A stretch of DNA of 64,000 nt from an uncultured delta proteobacterium. GTDB taxonomy: Bacteria; Myxococcota_A; Polyangia; Fen-1088. Location: NCBI GenBank assembly GCA_963796685.1, contig CAWCMR010000025.1:2016001-2080000 (forward strand), in the 5' to 3' direction. Both the position numbers and the translations under genes were made by a program. Numbering within the stretch: position 1 is the stretch's first letter; every line of letters begins with the position of its first letter. Shown here piece after piece: positions 48,648-58,162 of this stretch. Under the pieces are notes generated by a model that saw only the letters and a list, made by a program, of their open reading frames with translations, did no database searches and was not told where the DNA came from.

Positions 48648-49550
48648 TCACTCGCCTGGCCGGCCGAAGACTACGCGCTCGATGCCGGCGAGATCCCGTC
48701 GCGTGCTCACCGCGCTGTACCCTTCGCCGCGCAAGAGCTCCGTCACCGCGGCGGCCTGACCTGCGCCGATTTCCATGGCCAGCGCGCCATCCGGCGCCAA
48801 GACCTGTCGCGCCTCGCTGGCCAGCCGGCGTATGAGCGCCAGGCCGTCCTCGCCACCGTCGAGGGCCAGGCGCGGCTCTCGAAGCACCTCGGGTGAAAGC
48901 CCGTCGATGTCTCGGGTGGGGATGTACGGCGGGTTGCTGGCCACGAGATCGAAGGGGCCGCGTCCGGTCAGCGGCGCGACGAGGTCGCCCTGCAAGAAGG
49001 CGACTTCGAGGCCGAGGCGCTCGGCATTGCCGCGCGCCACTTCCAGCGCTTCCGGCGACAGATCGACGGCCAAGACCTCGTCGCCGGGGCGTTCTTTCTT
49101 GAGGGCCAGGGCCAGCGCGCCCGAGCCCGTGCCGATGTCCGCCACGCGCAACGCTCTCCCGCGGTCGGGCATCGCCTCGAGCAGCTCCAGCGCTTGCGCG
49201 ACCAGGGTTTCCGTGTCGGGCCGGGGCACCAGCACGCGCGCGTCGACCATCAGATCCAGGCTCCAGAACTCCTTGCGACCGAGGATGTACGCCACCGATT
49301 CGCCGGCCATGCGTCGCTGCACGAGGCCGCGGTACGCGCCGAGCTCGGGGTCGCCGAGGGGCTGATCGAAGTGCGTGTACAGCTCGACCCGCGTCCGGCC
49401 GAAAGCCTGCGTAGCCAGCAGCTCGGCGTCCAGGCGCGCGCTCGCGATGCCCTGGCGCTCGAATCGCCCGATGGTCCAGCGCAAGACCTCGAGGATGGTC
49501 CAGATCGGTTTCTGCGCGGGTGGCGCGGGCGGCAATCGACTGTCGAGCAC
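48648..49550 (-). CDS. prmC: Release factor glutamine methyltransferase
   Basis: ARLDAELL, VLVPRPDTE, DIGTGSG, SNPPY and ALDGGEDG motifs. Confidence 0.95.
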   Translation of the reverse strand: MLDSRLPPAPPAQKPIWTILEVLRWTIGRFERQGIASARLDAELLATQAFGRTRVELYTHFDQPLGDPELGAYRGLVQRRMAGESVAYILGRKEFWSLDLMVDARVLVPRPDTETLVAQALELLEAMPDRGRALRVADIGTGSGALALALKKERPGDEVLAVDLSPEALEVARGNAERLGLEVAFLQGDLVAPLTGRGPFDLVASNPPYIPTRDIDGLSPEVLREPRLALDGGEDGLALIRRLASEARQVLAPDGALAMEIGAGQAAAVTELLRGEGYSAVSTRRDLAGIERVVFGRPGE

Positions 49551-49633
49551 CCGATGATTGTGCCGGATGCATCCCGGGATTGCGAGATTCCTTGGTTTCC
49601 GCCCCCGCGGCCGGGCTGCTACACTCGGCGGCG

Positions 49634-51756
49634 ATGAACCGTCCCAGCTCGGCGATAGTAGCCTGCGCAAGCGCCTTTCTGGTGGCCGCCGCGGCCTCGG
49701 CCACGACGACGCGACTGTTTCGCCAGAGCACGGCCAAGGACTTCGAGGAAGGGGAGGCTACGGCCACCATGGTTGCGCCCCGGGCCAAGTGCTGCCCGGC
49801 CTGAAGAGCACCCGCGTGGCCATCGACGCGGCGTTTGCATGGTGCGGTGTCCTTTCGCGCGACCGGGGCACGGCGTACTTCGGCACCGGCGACCGCGGAC
49901 GCATCTTTGCCGTGGCGGCCGCCGGGACGGGGGGCGCGCGCCTGCTGGCCCAGATCGATGCCCCGTGGGTTACCGCCCTGGCGGTGCGGCCCGACGGAAG
50001 CCTGCTGGCCGGCTCGACCCCGGGTGGACGCATCTTCGCCGTCGACGCCAAGACCGGCAAGAGCAGCGTGTTCGCCAAGCTCGACGCCGAGCACGTGTGG
50101 GCCATCGAATACGATGCCGTGCGCGCCCTGACCTATGCCGCCACCGGCGATGGCGGGAAGATCTTCGCCATCGACGCCAAGGGGCATTCGCACCTGTATT
50201 GGGATGCCGGAGACGCACACGTGATGTCGCTGGCCAGGGATGGCGATGCGCTCTTGGCGGGTACCGCGGGCAAGGCCTTGCTCTACCGCGTGTACGCCAA
50301 CGGCCGCTCCGAGGCCTTGCACGACTTCGATGCCGACGAGGTTCGGGCCATCGTGCGCGGCAAGGGCGCGATCTATCTGGCCGTCAACGATTTCGACAAT
50401 CCGGCGGACACCAAGGATCCAGCGCCCACCGGCGCGCAGCCGGCCAAGGGCACGCGCATCGTGACTGGCCCCGCGCCCGCGTCGGGCGCCATCGCACGCG
50501 CCGACGCGGTCAAGGCCAAGGCCGCCATCTACCGGCTCGACGACGACGGCCGCATCGAGCAGCTCTTTGCCCTGGCCGACGGCTACTTCACCGCTTTGCT
50601 GCTCGACGAGAAGGGCAACCTGTTCGCCTCGGCGGGTAGCCAGGGCAAGATCTACCGCATCGCGCCCGATCGGACCGTGGCCCTGGCGGCCGACATCTCC
50701 GAACGGCAGGCGCTGACCATGGTGCAAACCCGGGATGGTTTTCTGGTGGGCAGCGGCGATGTCGGTGCCATCTACCGGGTGCGTCCGGTCCAGGGCGCCG
50801 AGGCCTCCTATCTCAGCAAGGTGTTCGATGCCGAAACGCCCGCGCGTTGGGGCCACGTGTGGTGGACTGGCTCGCGCGACTTGGTGCTGGAGACGCGTTC
50901 GGGCAACACCGGCAAGCCGGATGCAAGCTGGTCGTCGTTTCTCCGGCTTGCCGACGTCAGCCACGCCGGGGGGGAGGGCACGGGCGGCATCCGCAGCCCG
51001 GGTGGTCGCTACTTGCAGTACCGCGCGACCTTGCCCGGCCGTGATTCGGTTCTGAGCGACATCTCGATCTACTACGCCCCCCACAACCAGCGTGCGCGCA
51101 TCACCGAGGTCTATCTCGCCGATGCATCGACGTCGGCCGGCCAAAGCACGGGCGGAACGTCTGCGGCCGCCGCGCCCTCGGCGGGCAGCGCGCGGGCGCA
51201 CTCTTCGACGTTGAAGCTGCGTTGGAAGGTCGAGAATCCCGACAACGACGAGCTCATCTACAAGCTGTGGTTTCGCCAGGTGGGCGATTCCGTGTGGCGC
51301 CCGCTGGGCGGACCGGATCCCTTGGGCAAAGCCGAATACGACTGGAACACCGACTCGGTTCCCGACGGGCGCTACGCCATCCGGGTGTGGGCCTCGGACG
51401 AAAAGGTCACGCCCGCCGACCGCGCCCTCGACTTCCTGTTCGAGTCGCCCCCCTTCCTGGTCGACAACACCAAGCCGGAGATCCGCGGCCTTGCGACCCT
51501 GGCTGCCACCCCGATGCGCGTCATCGGCCGCGCCCACGACGCGCGCTCCGTGATCTCGGCCATCGAGTTTGCCGTCGACGGCAACGAGTGGTGGCCGGCC
51601 CAGCCCGACGACGGAGTGCTGGACGAACGCGACGAGGCGTTCACCGTGCAACTGTCGAAAGCGCTCGCTCCAGGACCGCACATCGTCAACGTGCGCGCCT
51701 GGGACTCCGCCGACAACGTGGGCTCGGCCCGCATCGAGATTCGCGTCGGGAAATAG
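49634..51756 (+). CDS. Secreted beta-propeller (WD40-like) + FN3/Ig-like protein; frameshift near 49780
   Basis: Signal peptide and TTRLFRQSTAKDFEEG in one frame, propeller repeats and VDNTKP tail in the adjacent frame. Confidence 0.75.
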
Positions 51757-51793
51757 CGCGAAGTCGCGCTCGGGACGCCGCCGAAAGGCGCGA

Positions 51794-52168
51794 CTACTTC
51801 GCGGCCTTGGCCTTTGCCTTCACCTTGACGGCGGGCTTCTTGGCCTTGCGCTCGGTGGCCTTGGCCAGGTCGACCAGGCGCGCGTCCGAGTAGGCGGCCA
51901 GGCGCTCGACGAAGGGCTTGTCCTTGGTGCGGCCCAGGGCCTTGGCCACTTGCTCGACGAGAGCGTCGCGGTTGCTGTACTTGTCCTTCACCACCATCGC
52001 GACCTGATGCAGGCGCAGCAGCTTGGTGTTGGCGGCACTGCTCAGGCGCTTGCGCAAATCATCCTTCGACTCGTCGCCGCGGTCGAGCAGCCCGACCAGC
52101 TTGTCTACCAGCTTGTCCTTGGCGCCGAAGGTTTCGTTCACGATTGCGAGGGGGGATTTCTGCGACAT
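51794..52168 (-). CDS. Small basic hypothetical protein with Lys/Ala-rich tail
   Basis: 124-aa ORF, GGAG RBS, strongly biased codon usage. Confidence 0.8.
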   Translation of the reverse strand: MSQKSPLAIVNETFGAKDKLVDKLVGLLDRGDESKDDLRKRLSSAANTKLLRLHQVAMVVKDKYSNRDALVEQVAKALGRTKDKPFVERLAAYSDARLVDLAKATERKAKKPAVKVKAKAKAAK

Positions 52169-52216
52169 GGTCTGTCTCCGTCTTTCCGAAGAGGCTTAGC
52201 GACGAGGGCGCTTCTC

Positions 52217-53516
52217 TTACCTCAAAACGTGCAACGTCGCCAGAGTCTCTTGGGCGGCGGCCACAAAAGAATCGATTTCCGCATCCGTGTGCGCCAGCGA
52301 AATGAAGGCAGCTTCGAGCTGGGCGGGCGGCAAGTAGAAGCCGCGGTCCAGCATGCCGTGGAAGAAGTCCGCATAAACCTTGGTGTTCGCCCTCTTCGCG
52401 TCTGCGAAATCCGCAACCGGGCCTGGGAAAAAGAAGAGGGTGAAGGCTGACCCAACGCGCTGAACACACGCGTCGACGCTGGACTTTGAGATTGCGTCAT
52501 GAATTCCTGCTTCAAGCCTGGCGCCCATGGTTTCGAGGCGCTCGTAGCTCTTGGCATTCAGCTGGCTCAGCATGGCAAGGCCCGCGGCCATGGCCAAGGG
52601 ATTGCCCGAGAGGGTTCCGGCCTGGTACACCGGGCCGTCGGGAGCCACCATCTTCATGATGTCGGCCCGCCCGCCGTATGCGCCGAGAGGCAGGCCGCCA
52701 CCGATGATCTTGCCCAGGCAGGTCAGGTCCGGGCGAACCGAATACAGTCTCTGCGCGCCCCCGGGCCCTGCCCGAAAGCCGGAGATGACTTCGTCGAAGA
52801 TGAGCAGGGCGCCGGCTTCGTCACACAGGCGGCGCAAGGCCTGCAGGTAGCCGGCCTTGGGCGGCACCAGGCCCATGTTGCCCGGAATCGGCTCCACGAT
52901 GAGCGCCGCCACCTGGCCCGGATTGGCGGCAAAGGCCGCGGCCATGGCCCGCTCGTCGTTGAAGGGCACGATGACGGTATCGGCCACCGCCGCCGCCGTC
53001 ACTCCCGCCGAGCCGGGAATGCCCAGGGTCGCGGCACCCGAGCCGGCAGCGGCCAGCAGCATGTCCGCGTGTCCGTGGTAGCCGCCATCGATCTTGATGA
53101 GCTTGTTGCGCCCGGTGAAGCCGCGCGCCACCCGTAGGGCCGACATGGTGGCCTCGGTCCCCGAAGACACGAACCGCATGCGCTCCATCGAAGGGAAGAG
53201 GGCGCGGATGGCCTCGCCGAGCTCGAATCTCGCGCTCCGTCGAGGCCCCGAAGGTCGTGCCTTGCCCGGCGGCCTCGGTGATGGCGGCCACGACCCGCGG
53301 GTTGGCGTGCCCGAGGATGAGCGGCCCCCACGAACCGAGAAAATCGGTGTAGCGATTCCCGTCGGCGTCCCACACGAAGGCGCCCTCGCCGCGCGCGAGG
53401 AACACCGGCGTTCCCCCCACCGCCTTGAACGCCCGCACCGGTGAATTCACGCCGCCCGGGAAGAGCCCGCAGGCGCGTTCGAATAGTTGCCGCGATTTCT
53501 CGTTCTGCCTGCCCAT
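52217..53516 (-). CDS. hemL: Glutamate-1-semialdehyde 2,1-aminomutase; frameshift near 53227
   Basis: [39 protein letters not shown] and [10 protein letters not shown] split over two ORFs. Confidence 0.93.
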
Positions 53517-53589
53517 CTAGAACACCTCCGGGTTGCGGAAGGGGCGCTGCGGCAATTCGTGGGGGTGCAAAGAGATCCAACAATGAGGT

Positions 53590-53633
53590 CCCCTCGCCCC
53601 GGCGTCAGCCGGGGAGAGGGACAGGGTGAGGGG
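53590..53633. repeat. CCCCTCGCCCC...GGGGAGAGGG-type palindromic REP
   Basis: CCCCTCGCCCCGGCGTCAGCCGGGGAGAGGGACAGGGTGAGGGG hairpin between gyrA and hemL. Confidence 0.6.
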
Positions 53634-53661
53634 CCAACCAGCCCCTAGGTCGTCGATCACG

Positions 53662-56352
53662 CTAGTTCGTCTTTCCATCATCGTCGGCGCCCTCGTCGTC
53701 AACCGCCTCGTCGCTCTCCTCCCCCTCATCCACCTCGTCGTCATCGTCCGCCGTGGCCTCTTCGCCCAAGTCCTCCTCGGCCAGGGTCTGCTCCTCGGCG
53801 CGCGCGGCGGCCACCTCGGGCGAGACCTCGTGCTCGCCTTCTTCCTTGTCGGCCATGCGCTCCATGGCCACCACGACCTCGTCATCCTCCAGCCGGATCA
53901 GGCGCACCCCTTGCGTGTTGCGGCCGATCGTCGGAATGCCGTCGATGGGCATGCGGATGAGCTTGCCGCGGCTGGTGATGAGCATCAGGTCTTCGTCGTC
54001 GGTGACCATGCGCAGGCCGACCACCTTGCCGTTGCGCTCGGTCGTCTTGATGGTGATGACGCCCTTGCCGCCGCGGTTCTTGGTCGGGTAGTCGGTCGAA
54101 ACCGTGCGCTTGCCGAACCCGCGCTCGCACACCGTGAGCAGGGTGGCCGGCGTCTCGCGCGGCACGGCCGCCATGCCGATGACGAAATCGTCCTTGTCGC
54201 GCAGCCGGATCCCGCGCACGCCGGCCGCCGAGCGGCCCATGGGCCGGACGGTCTCTTCGCGGAAGCGGATGGCCCAGCCGTCGCGCGTGCCCAGCATGAG
54301 GTCGGCGCTGCCCTCGGTGATGCGCAGGCCGACCAGATCGTCGTCCTCGCCGATGGACAGCGCGATGATGCCCGAGCTGCGGATGTTCTGAAAGGCTTGC
54401 AGCGAGGTCTTCTTGATCTTGCCGCGCTTGGTGGCCATGACCACGAACGCGCCCTCCGAGAATTCGCGCACCGGCTGCAGCGCCACCACCCGCTCGCCCT
54501 CTTGCAGCGGGATGAGGTTCACGAAGGCCTTGCCCTTGGCGGTGCGGCCGGCCTGGGGGATCTCCCAGATCTTCTTGGCGTAGACCCGGCCCTTGCTGGT
54601 GAACATCAGCATGGTGTCGTGGGTCGACGCCACGAAGAGCTGCGCCACGAAGTCTTCCTCGTGCGTGGACGCGCCCGTGATGCCGCGCCCGCCGCGCCGC
54701 TGCGGCTTGTACAGATCCTTCGGGTTGCGCTTGACGTAGCCGCCGTGGGTGACGGTGACGACCATCTCCTCCTCGGCGATCATGTCTTCGACGTCGATAT
54801 CGCCCACGTCGATGTCCAGGATCTCGGTGCGCCGTTCGTCGCCGTAGAGCTCCTTCTGCTCTTCCAGCTCGGTGACGATGACCCCGACCAGGACCTCGTC
54901 GCTGGCCAGGATCTCCTCCAGGCGGGCGATCAGCGCCGCGGTCTCGGCGATCTCCGCGTCCAGCTTGTCGCGCTCGAGCCCGGTCAGCTTGGACAGGCGC
55001 ATGTTCAGGATTTCCTGGGCCTGGATGGCCGACAGGTCGAAGCTCTCCATCAGGCCGGTCTTGGCCGCCTCGGTGTCTTTTGACGATCGAATCAAATCGA
55101 TGACCGCGTCGATGTGGTCGATCGCGATCTTGAGGCCCTCCAGGATGTGCATGTGGGCCTTGGCCTTGGCCAGGTCGAACTGGGTGCGCCGGGTGACGAC
55201 GTCGCGACGGTGCTGGATGAAGTACTGGAGGGCGTGCTTGAGCGACAGCGTCTGCGGCCGTCCGTCGACGATGGCCAGCATGTTGATGCCGAAGGACTCC
55301 TGCATCGGCGTCATCTTCCACAGGTTGTTCTGCACGACCTCGGGCACGGCGTCCTTCTTGAGGTCGATGACCACGCGCATGCCCTCGCGGTCCGATTCGT
55401 CGCGCACGTCGGAGATGCCGTCGATCTTCTTTTCGCGCACCAGCTCGGCGATCTTCTCGATCAGGCGCGCCTTGTTGACCTGGTACGGGATCTCGCTGGC
55501 CACGATGGACTTGCGCCCGCTCTTGGGATGCTCCTCGATGACGGTGCGGGCCCGCATGAGCAGGCTGCCGCGCCCCGAGCGGTAGGCCGCGCGAATGCCG
55601 CCGCGCCCGCAAATGAAGCCGCCGGTGGGAAAATCCGGGCCGGGAACGATGTCCAGTAGCTCGTCGACCTCGATGTCGGGGTTCTTGATGATGGCGATGG
55701 TGGCGTCGATGATCTCGCTCAGGTTGTGCGGCGGAATATTGGTGGCCATGCCGACCGCGATGCCGGAGGCGCCGTTGACCAAGAGGTTGGGCAGGCGCGT
55801 GGGCAGGACCGTGGGCTCGGTTTCCTTGTCGTCGTAGTTGGGCTGGAAGTCGACCGTGTTCTTGTCGATGTCGGCCAGTAATTCTTGGCCGATCTTCTTC
55901 ATCCGACACTCGGTGTAGCGGTAAGCCGCCGCCGGATCGCCGTCGATGGAGCCGAAGTTTCCCTGCCCGTCGATGAGCGGGTAGCGCATGGAAAAGTCCT
56001 GCGCCAGGCGTACCAGGGCGTCGTAGCAGGCGCTGTCGCCGTGGGGATGGAACTTGCCCAGCACCTCGCCGACCACGCGGGCGCACTTGATGTACGGCCG
56101 GTTCCACACGTTGTTCATCTGGTGCTGGCCGAACAGGATGCGGCGGTGGACCGGCTTGAGCCCGTCGCGCACGTCGGGCAACGCGCGCGAGACGATCACG
56201 CTCATGGCGTAGTCCATGAACGACGACTTCATCTCCTCCTCGATGGACACGGGAATGCGAATGCCGCCCGAAGAGGGCGGCACCGCGGGCGGCACCATGG
56301 GGGGTGTCGGGGGGATCGGGGGTGGAGGCGAGCTGCCGTCAGTAGGTTCCAT
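53662..56352 (-). CDS. gyrA: DNA gyrase subunit A
   Basis: [22 protein letters not shown] (catalytic Tyr), GyrA-box QRRGGRG, acidic tail. Confidence 0.98.
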   Translation of the reverse strand: MEPTDGSSPPPPIPPTPPMVPPAVPPSSGGIRIPVSIEEEMKSSFMDYAMSVIVSRALPDVRDGLKPVHRRILFGQHQMNNVWNRPYIKCARVVGEVLGKFHPHGDSACYDALVRLAQDFSMRYPLIDGQGNFGSIDGDPAAAYRYTECRMKKIGQELLADIDKNTVDFQPNYDDKETEPTVLPTRLPNLLVNGASGIAVGMATNIPPHNLSEIIDATIAIIKNPDIEVDELLDIVPGPDFPTGGFICGRGGIRAAYRSGRGSLLMRARTVIEEHPKSGRKSIVASEIPYQVNKARLIEKIAELVREKKIDGISDVRDESDREGMRVVIDLKKDAVPEVVQNNLWKMTPMQESFGINMLAIVDGRPQTLSLKHALQYFIQHRRDVVTRRTQFDLAKAKAHMHILEGLKIAIDHIDAVIDLIRSSKDTEAAKTGLMESFDLSAIQAQEILNMRLSKLTGLERDKLDAEIAETAALIARLEEILASDEVLVGVIVTELEEQKELYGDERRTEILDIDVGDIDVEDMIAEEEMVVTVTHGGYVKRNPKDLYKPQRRGGRGITGASTHEEDFVAQLFVASTHDTMLMFTSKGRVYAKKIWEIPQAGRTAKGKAFVNLIPLQEGERVVALQPVREFSEGAFVVMATKRGKIKKTSLQAFQNIRSSGIIALSIGEDDDLVGLRITEGSADLMLGTRDGWAIRFREETVRPMGRSAAGVRGIRLRDKDDFVIGMAAVPRETPATLLTVCERGFGKRTVSTDYPTKNRGGKGVITIKTTERNGKVVGLRMVTDDEDLMLITSRGKLIRMPIDGIPTIGRNTQGVRLIRLEDDEVVVAMERMADKEEGEHEVSPEVAAARAEEQTLAEEDLGEEATADDDDEVDEGEESDEAVDDEGADDDGKTN

Positions 56353-56385
56353 GCGGTGGCCGCGAAACCTATCAAGGAGCGCGCT

Positions 56386-56754
56386 TCAAGTCACGAGGCG
56401 CGAGCCCGTTCCGTCGACACCCGCCGTCGCGGCGGTCTTGGTAGGGGCGGGTTTCGAACCCGCCCCGGGACACTTTTCGCGATACACGTCTTTTCGGTCC
56501 CCGATCCGAATCACACAGATGAGGATCTCTTTGTCCACGATGTCGACGATGATCCTGTAGTCCCCGTGGTCGTATCGCCAGAAGTCGCCCAGCTTGGAAC
56601 CCTTCAACGCCTTTCCAATGGCTCGCGGATTTTCCAGCGGCGCGATGCGCTCGTCGAGATACTTCAGGATGCGCCTTGCGATCTGGCGGTCGAAAGACTT
56701 GAGGTTTCGCTCGGCTTCGGGTGAGTAGCGTAACTGCCAGAGGGCCTTACTCAT
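56386..56754 (-). CDS. relE: RelE/StbE-family toxin (C-terminus extends through a REP)
   Basis: NPRAIGKALKG, WRYDHGDYRII and IGDRKDVYR motifs. Confidence 0.88.
   Translation of the reverse strand: MSKALWQLRYSPEAERNLKSFDRQIARRILKYLDERIAPLENPRAIGKALKGSKLGDFWRYDHGDYRIIVDIVDKEILICVIRIGDRKDVYREKCPGAGSKPAPTKTAATAGVDGTGSRLVT
56441..56466 (+). repeat. GTAG-type REP
   Basis: GTAGGGGCGGGTTTCGAACCCGCCCC. Confidence 0.85.
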
Positions 56755-56977
56755 TGGCCGTCTTCAAACCGTACCGCTTCATCATGTCCTCATGCGAAAT
56801 CGTTGGGGCACCGGCACGAACTTCGGCGAGGCTCTTCTCGGCGAGGTACACGTCTTCCATGTCGTCGATTCGCTCTTCGATGGCCAGGCGGGCGTAGAAC
56901 GATTTCGTTCGTCCAGTGGTCTTTGCCAGGGAGGTGAGGCGTTTCTCTAGGGCTTGGGGTAGGCGTATCGCGAGCAC
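56747..56977 (-). CDS. relB: RHH/CopG-type RelB antitoxin
   Basis: MLAIRLP...RL..LA..TGRTKSFY...AI; overlaps the toxin start. Confidence 0.88.
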   Translation of the reverse strand: MLAIRLPQALEKRLTSLAKTTGRTKSFYARLAIEERIDDMEDVYLAEKSLAEVRAGAPTISHEDMMKRYGLKTANE

Positions 56978-56989
56978 GAGTTCGTACCT

Positions 56990-57009
56990 ATGTCATACAC
57001 GTATAACAT
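56990..57009. promoter_or_regulatory. Inverted repeat ATGTCATAC-AC-GTATAACAT, probable relBE operator
   Basis: 9-bp arms with one mismatch just upstream of the antitoxin start. Confidence 0.55.
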
Positions 57010-57063
57010 CCTGGAATTTCCTTGCAAGGCTTGTCGCGGCAAAGAGTCCCAAGGATGGCTTTT

Positions 57064-57088
57064 GTAGGGGCGGGTTTCAAACCCGCCC
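57064..57088 (+). repeat. GTAG-type REP
   Basis: GTAGGGGCGGGTTTCAAACCCGCCC. Confidence 0.85.
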
Positions 57089-57122
57089 ACAGGTGACGCT
57101 TTACGAGAACGGAGCTCAATCG

Positions 57123-57739
57123 TCAGAAAGTAGATCTGATCCTACTCAGCCGCGTTCGGATCTCTGGCGAGTCAAGCTCGGGATGGTCTTCGAGAAGCCG
57201 GACCACGTCAGCTACATCGTGGATCTCTTGCTCGTCCGCCTTTGGGGCCCTTCGGCTGCCGCCAACTTCAACAAAATCAAATCCGGCATCGTCGCGAGTT
57301 GAAATGAAAAGCGTCCCACGCAGGCCTTCTCGGCACGCCCTACCGCTAGAGCCATGAGAGGGTCGCTCGAGAATTGGACCGCCACCCGCTGCCTTCGAGG
57401 TGTTCCTACCGGGGCTGGGCCTCTCCAGTTTTCCGACCATTCGTGGATGCCGTCGGGACTAAATCCGGCTGCCTCGAGTTTTTGTCTTGGCAGATCGTCA
57501 TGAGAGCGAAGGTCAATGTCGAGATCGGCCGTGGTACGTGGCTCCTCCGTGTAGAGCTGCATGGCAACCCCGCCGATCACGGCGTAGGGCGTTCCCGTGG
57601 ATTCGAGCACGTCCACCAAGCCTGCCAACACCTTCTCTTTGTCGTCTACGGGCAACCCCATGGTTTCGCCCCAGAGATGGTCGAGGGTAAGCCCGACCGC
57701 AAAGCGATCTTCGAGCTGCTCTGCGGTGGGCCGGGGCAT
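57123..57739 (-). CDS. Nucleotidyltransferase-superfamily protein (AbiEii-like); frameshift near 57225
   Basis: YAVIGGVAM...PRTTADLDI and LILLKL motifs; DVADVVRLL in the shifted frame. Confidence 0.7.
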
Positions 57740-58162
57740 AGGTAGATTGTAGCATGCGTAGAGAGGACTTCGGCGGCACCTGCCCTTCTCTCCCAGCGCA
57801 GACGCTGCGAAGCGGGGAGGGCGTTGGGCAAGGAGCGGTCCCGCCGGGCCCCATTTTCTCGCCGTCCCCGACACCTTCCCCTCCGTCGAACGCTCGGACA
57901 AGAACGTTTCTTTTCAACTTAGTGTGTTTCCCACTACATTTGCGACACGCGCTTCCGGGATCTGCGACGGTGGTGTGCGCGCGGTCATGTTTTGTCTGCT
58001 GTCAGCTCCTACCTTTACGTCCAAAATGTCGGCCACCGGGGCTAAGAAAGCGCAGTTAATGATTATTTTTCTTGCCTCTTTCGGTACTGGCCCCAAAATG
58101 TTCCGGCTGCTGCGATGCGCTCGCATTGCGGAACAACATTGGGTTTCGACGGAGGCTATTAC

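Noticed and set aside
52217-53516. Programmed frameshifting or true pseudogenisation of hemL and other split genes
   Set aside because: No slippery heptamers; heme-rich respiratory genes are present; sequencing error is more parsimonious
56386-56754. Toxin as a ParE gyrase poison because it is next to gyrA
   Set aside because: Motifs (GKAL.G, WRY..GDYRII, R..VY) fit RelE/StbE ribosome-dependent RNases
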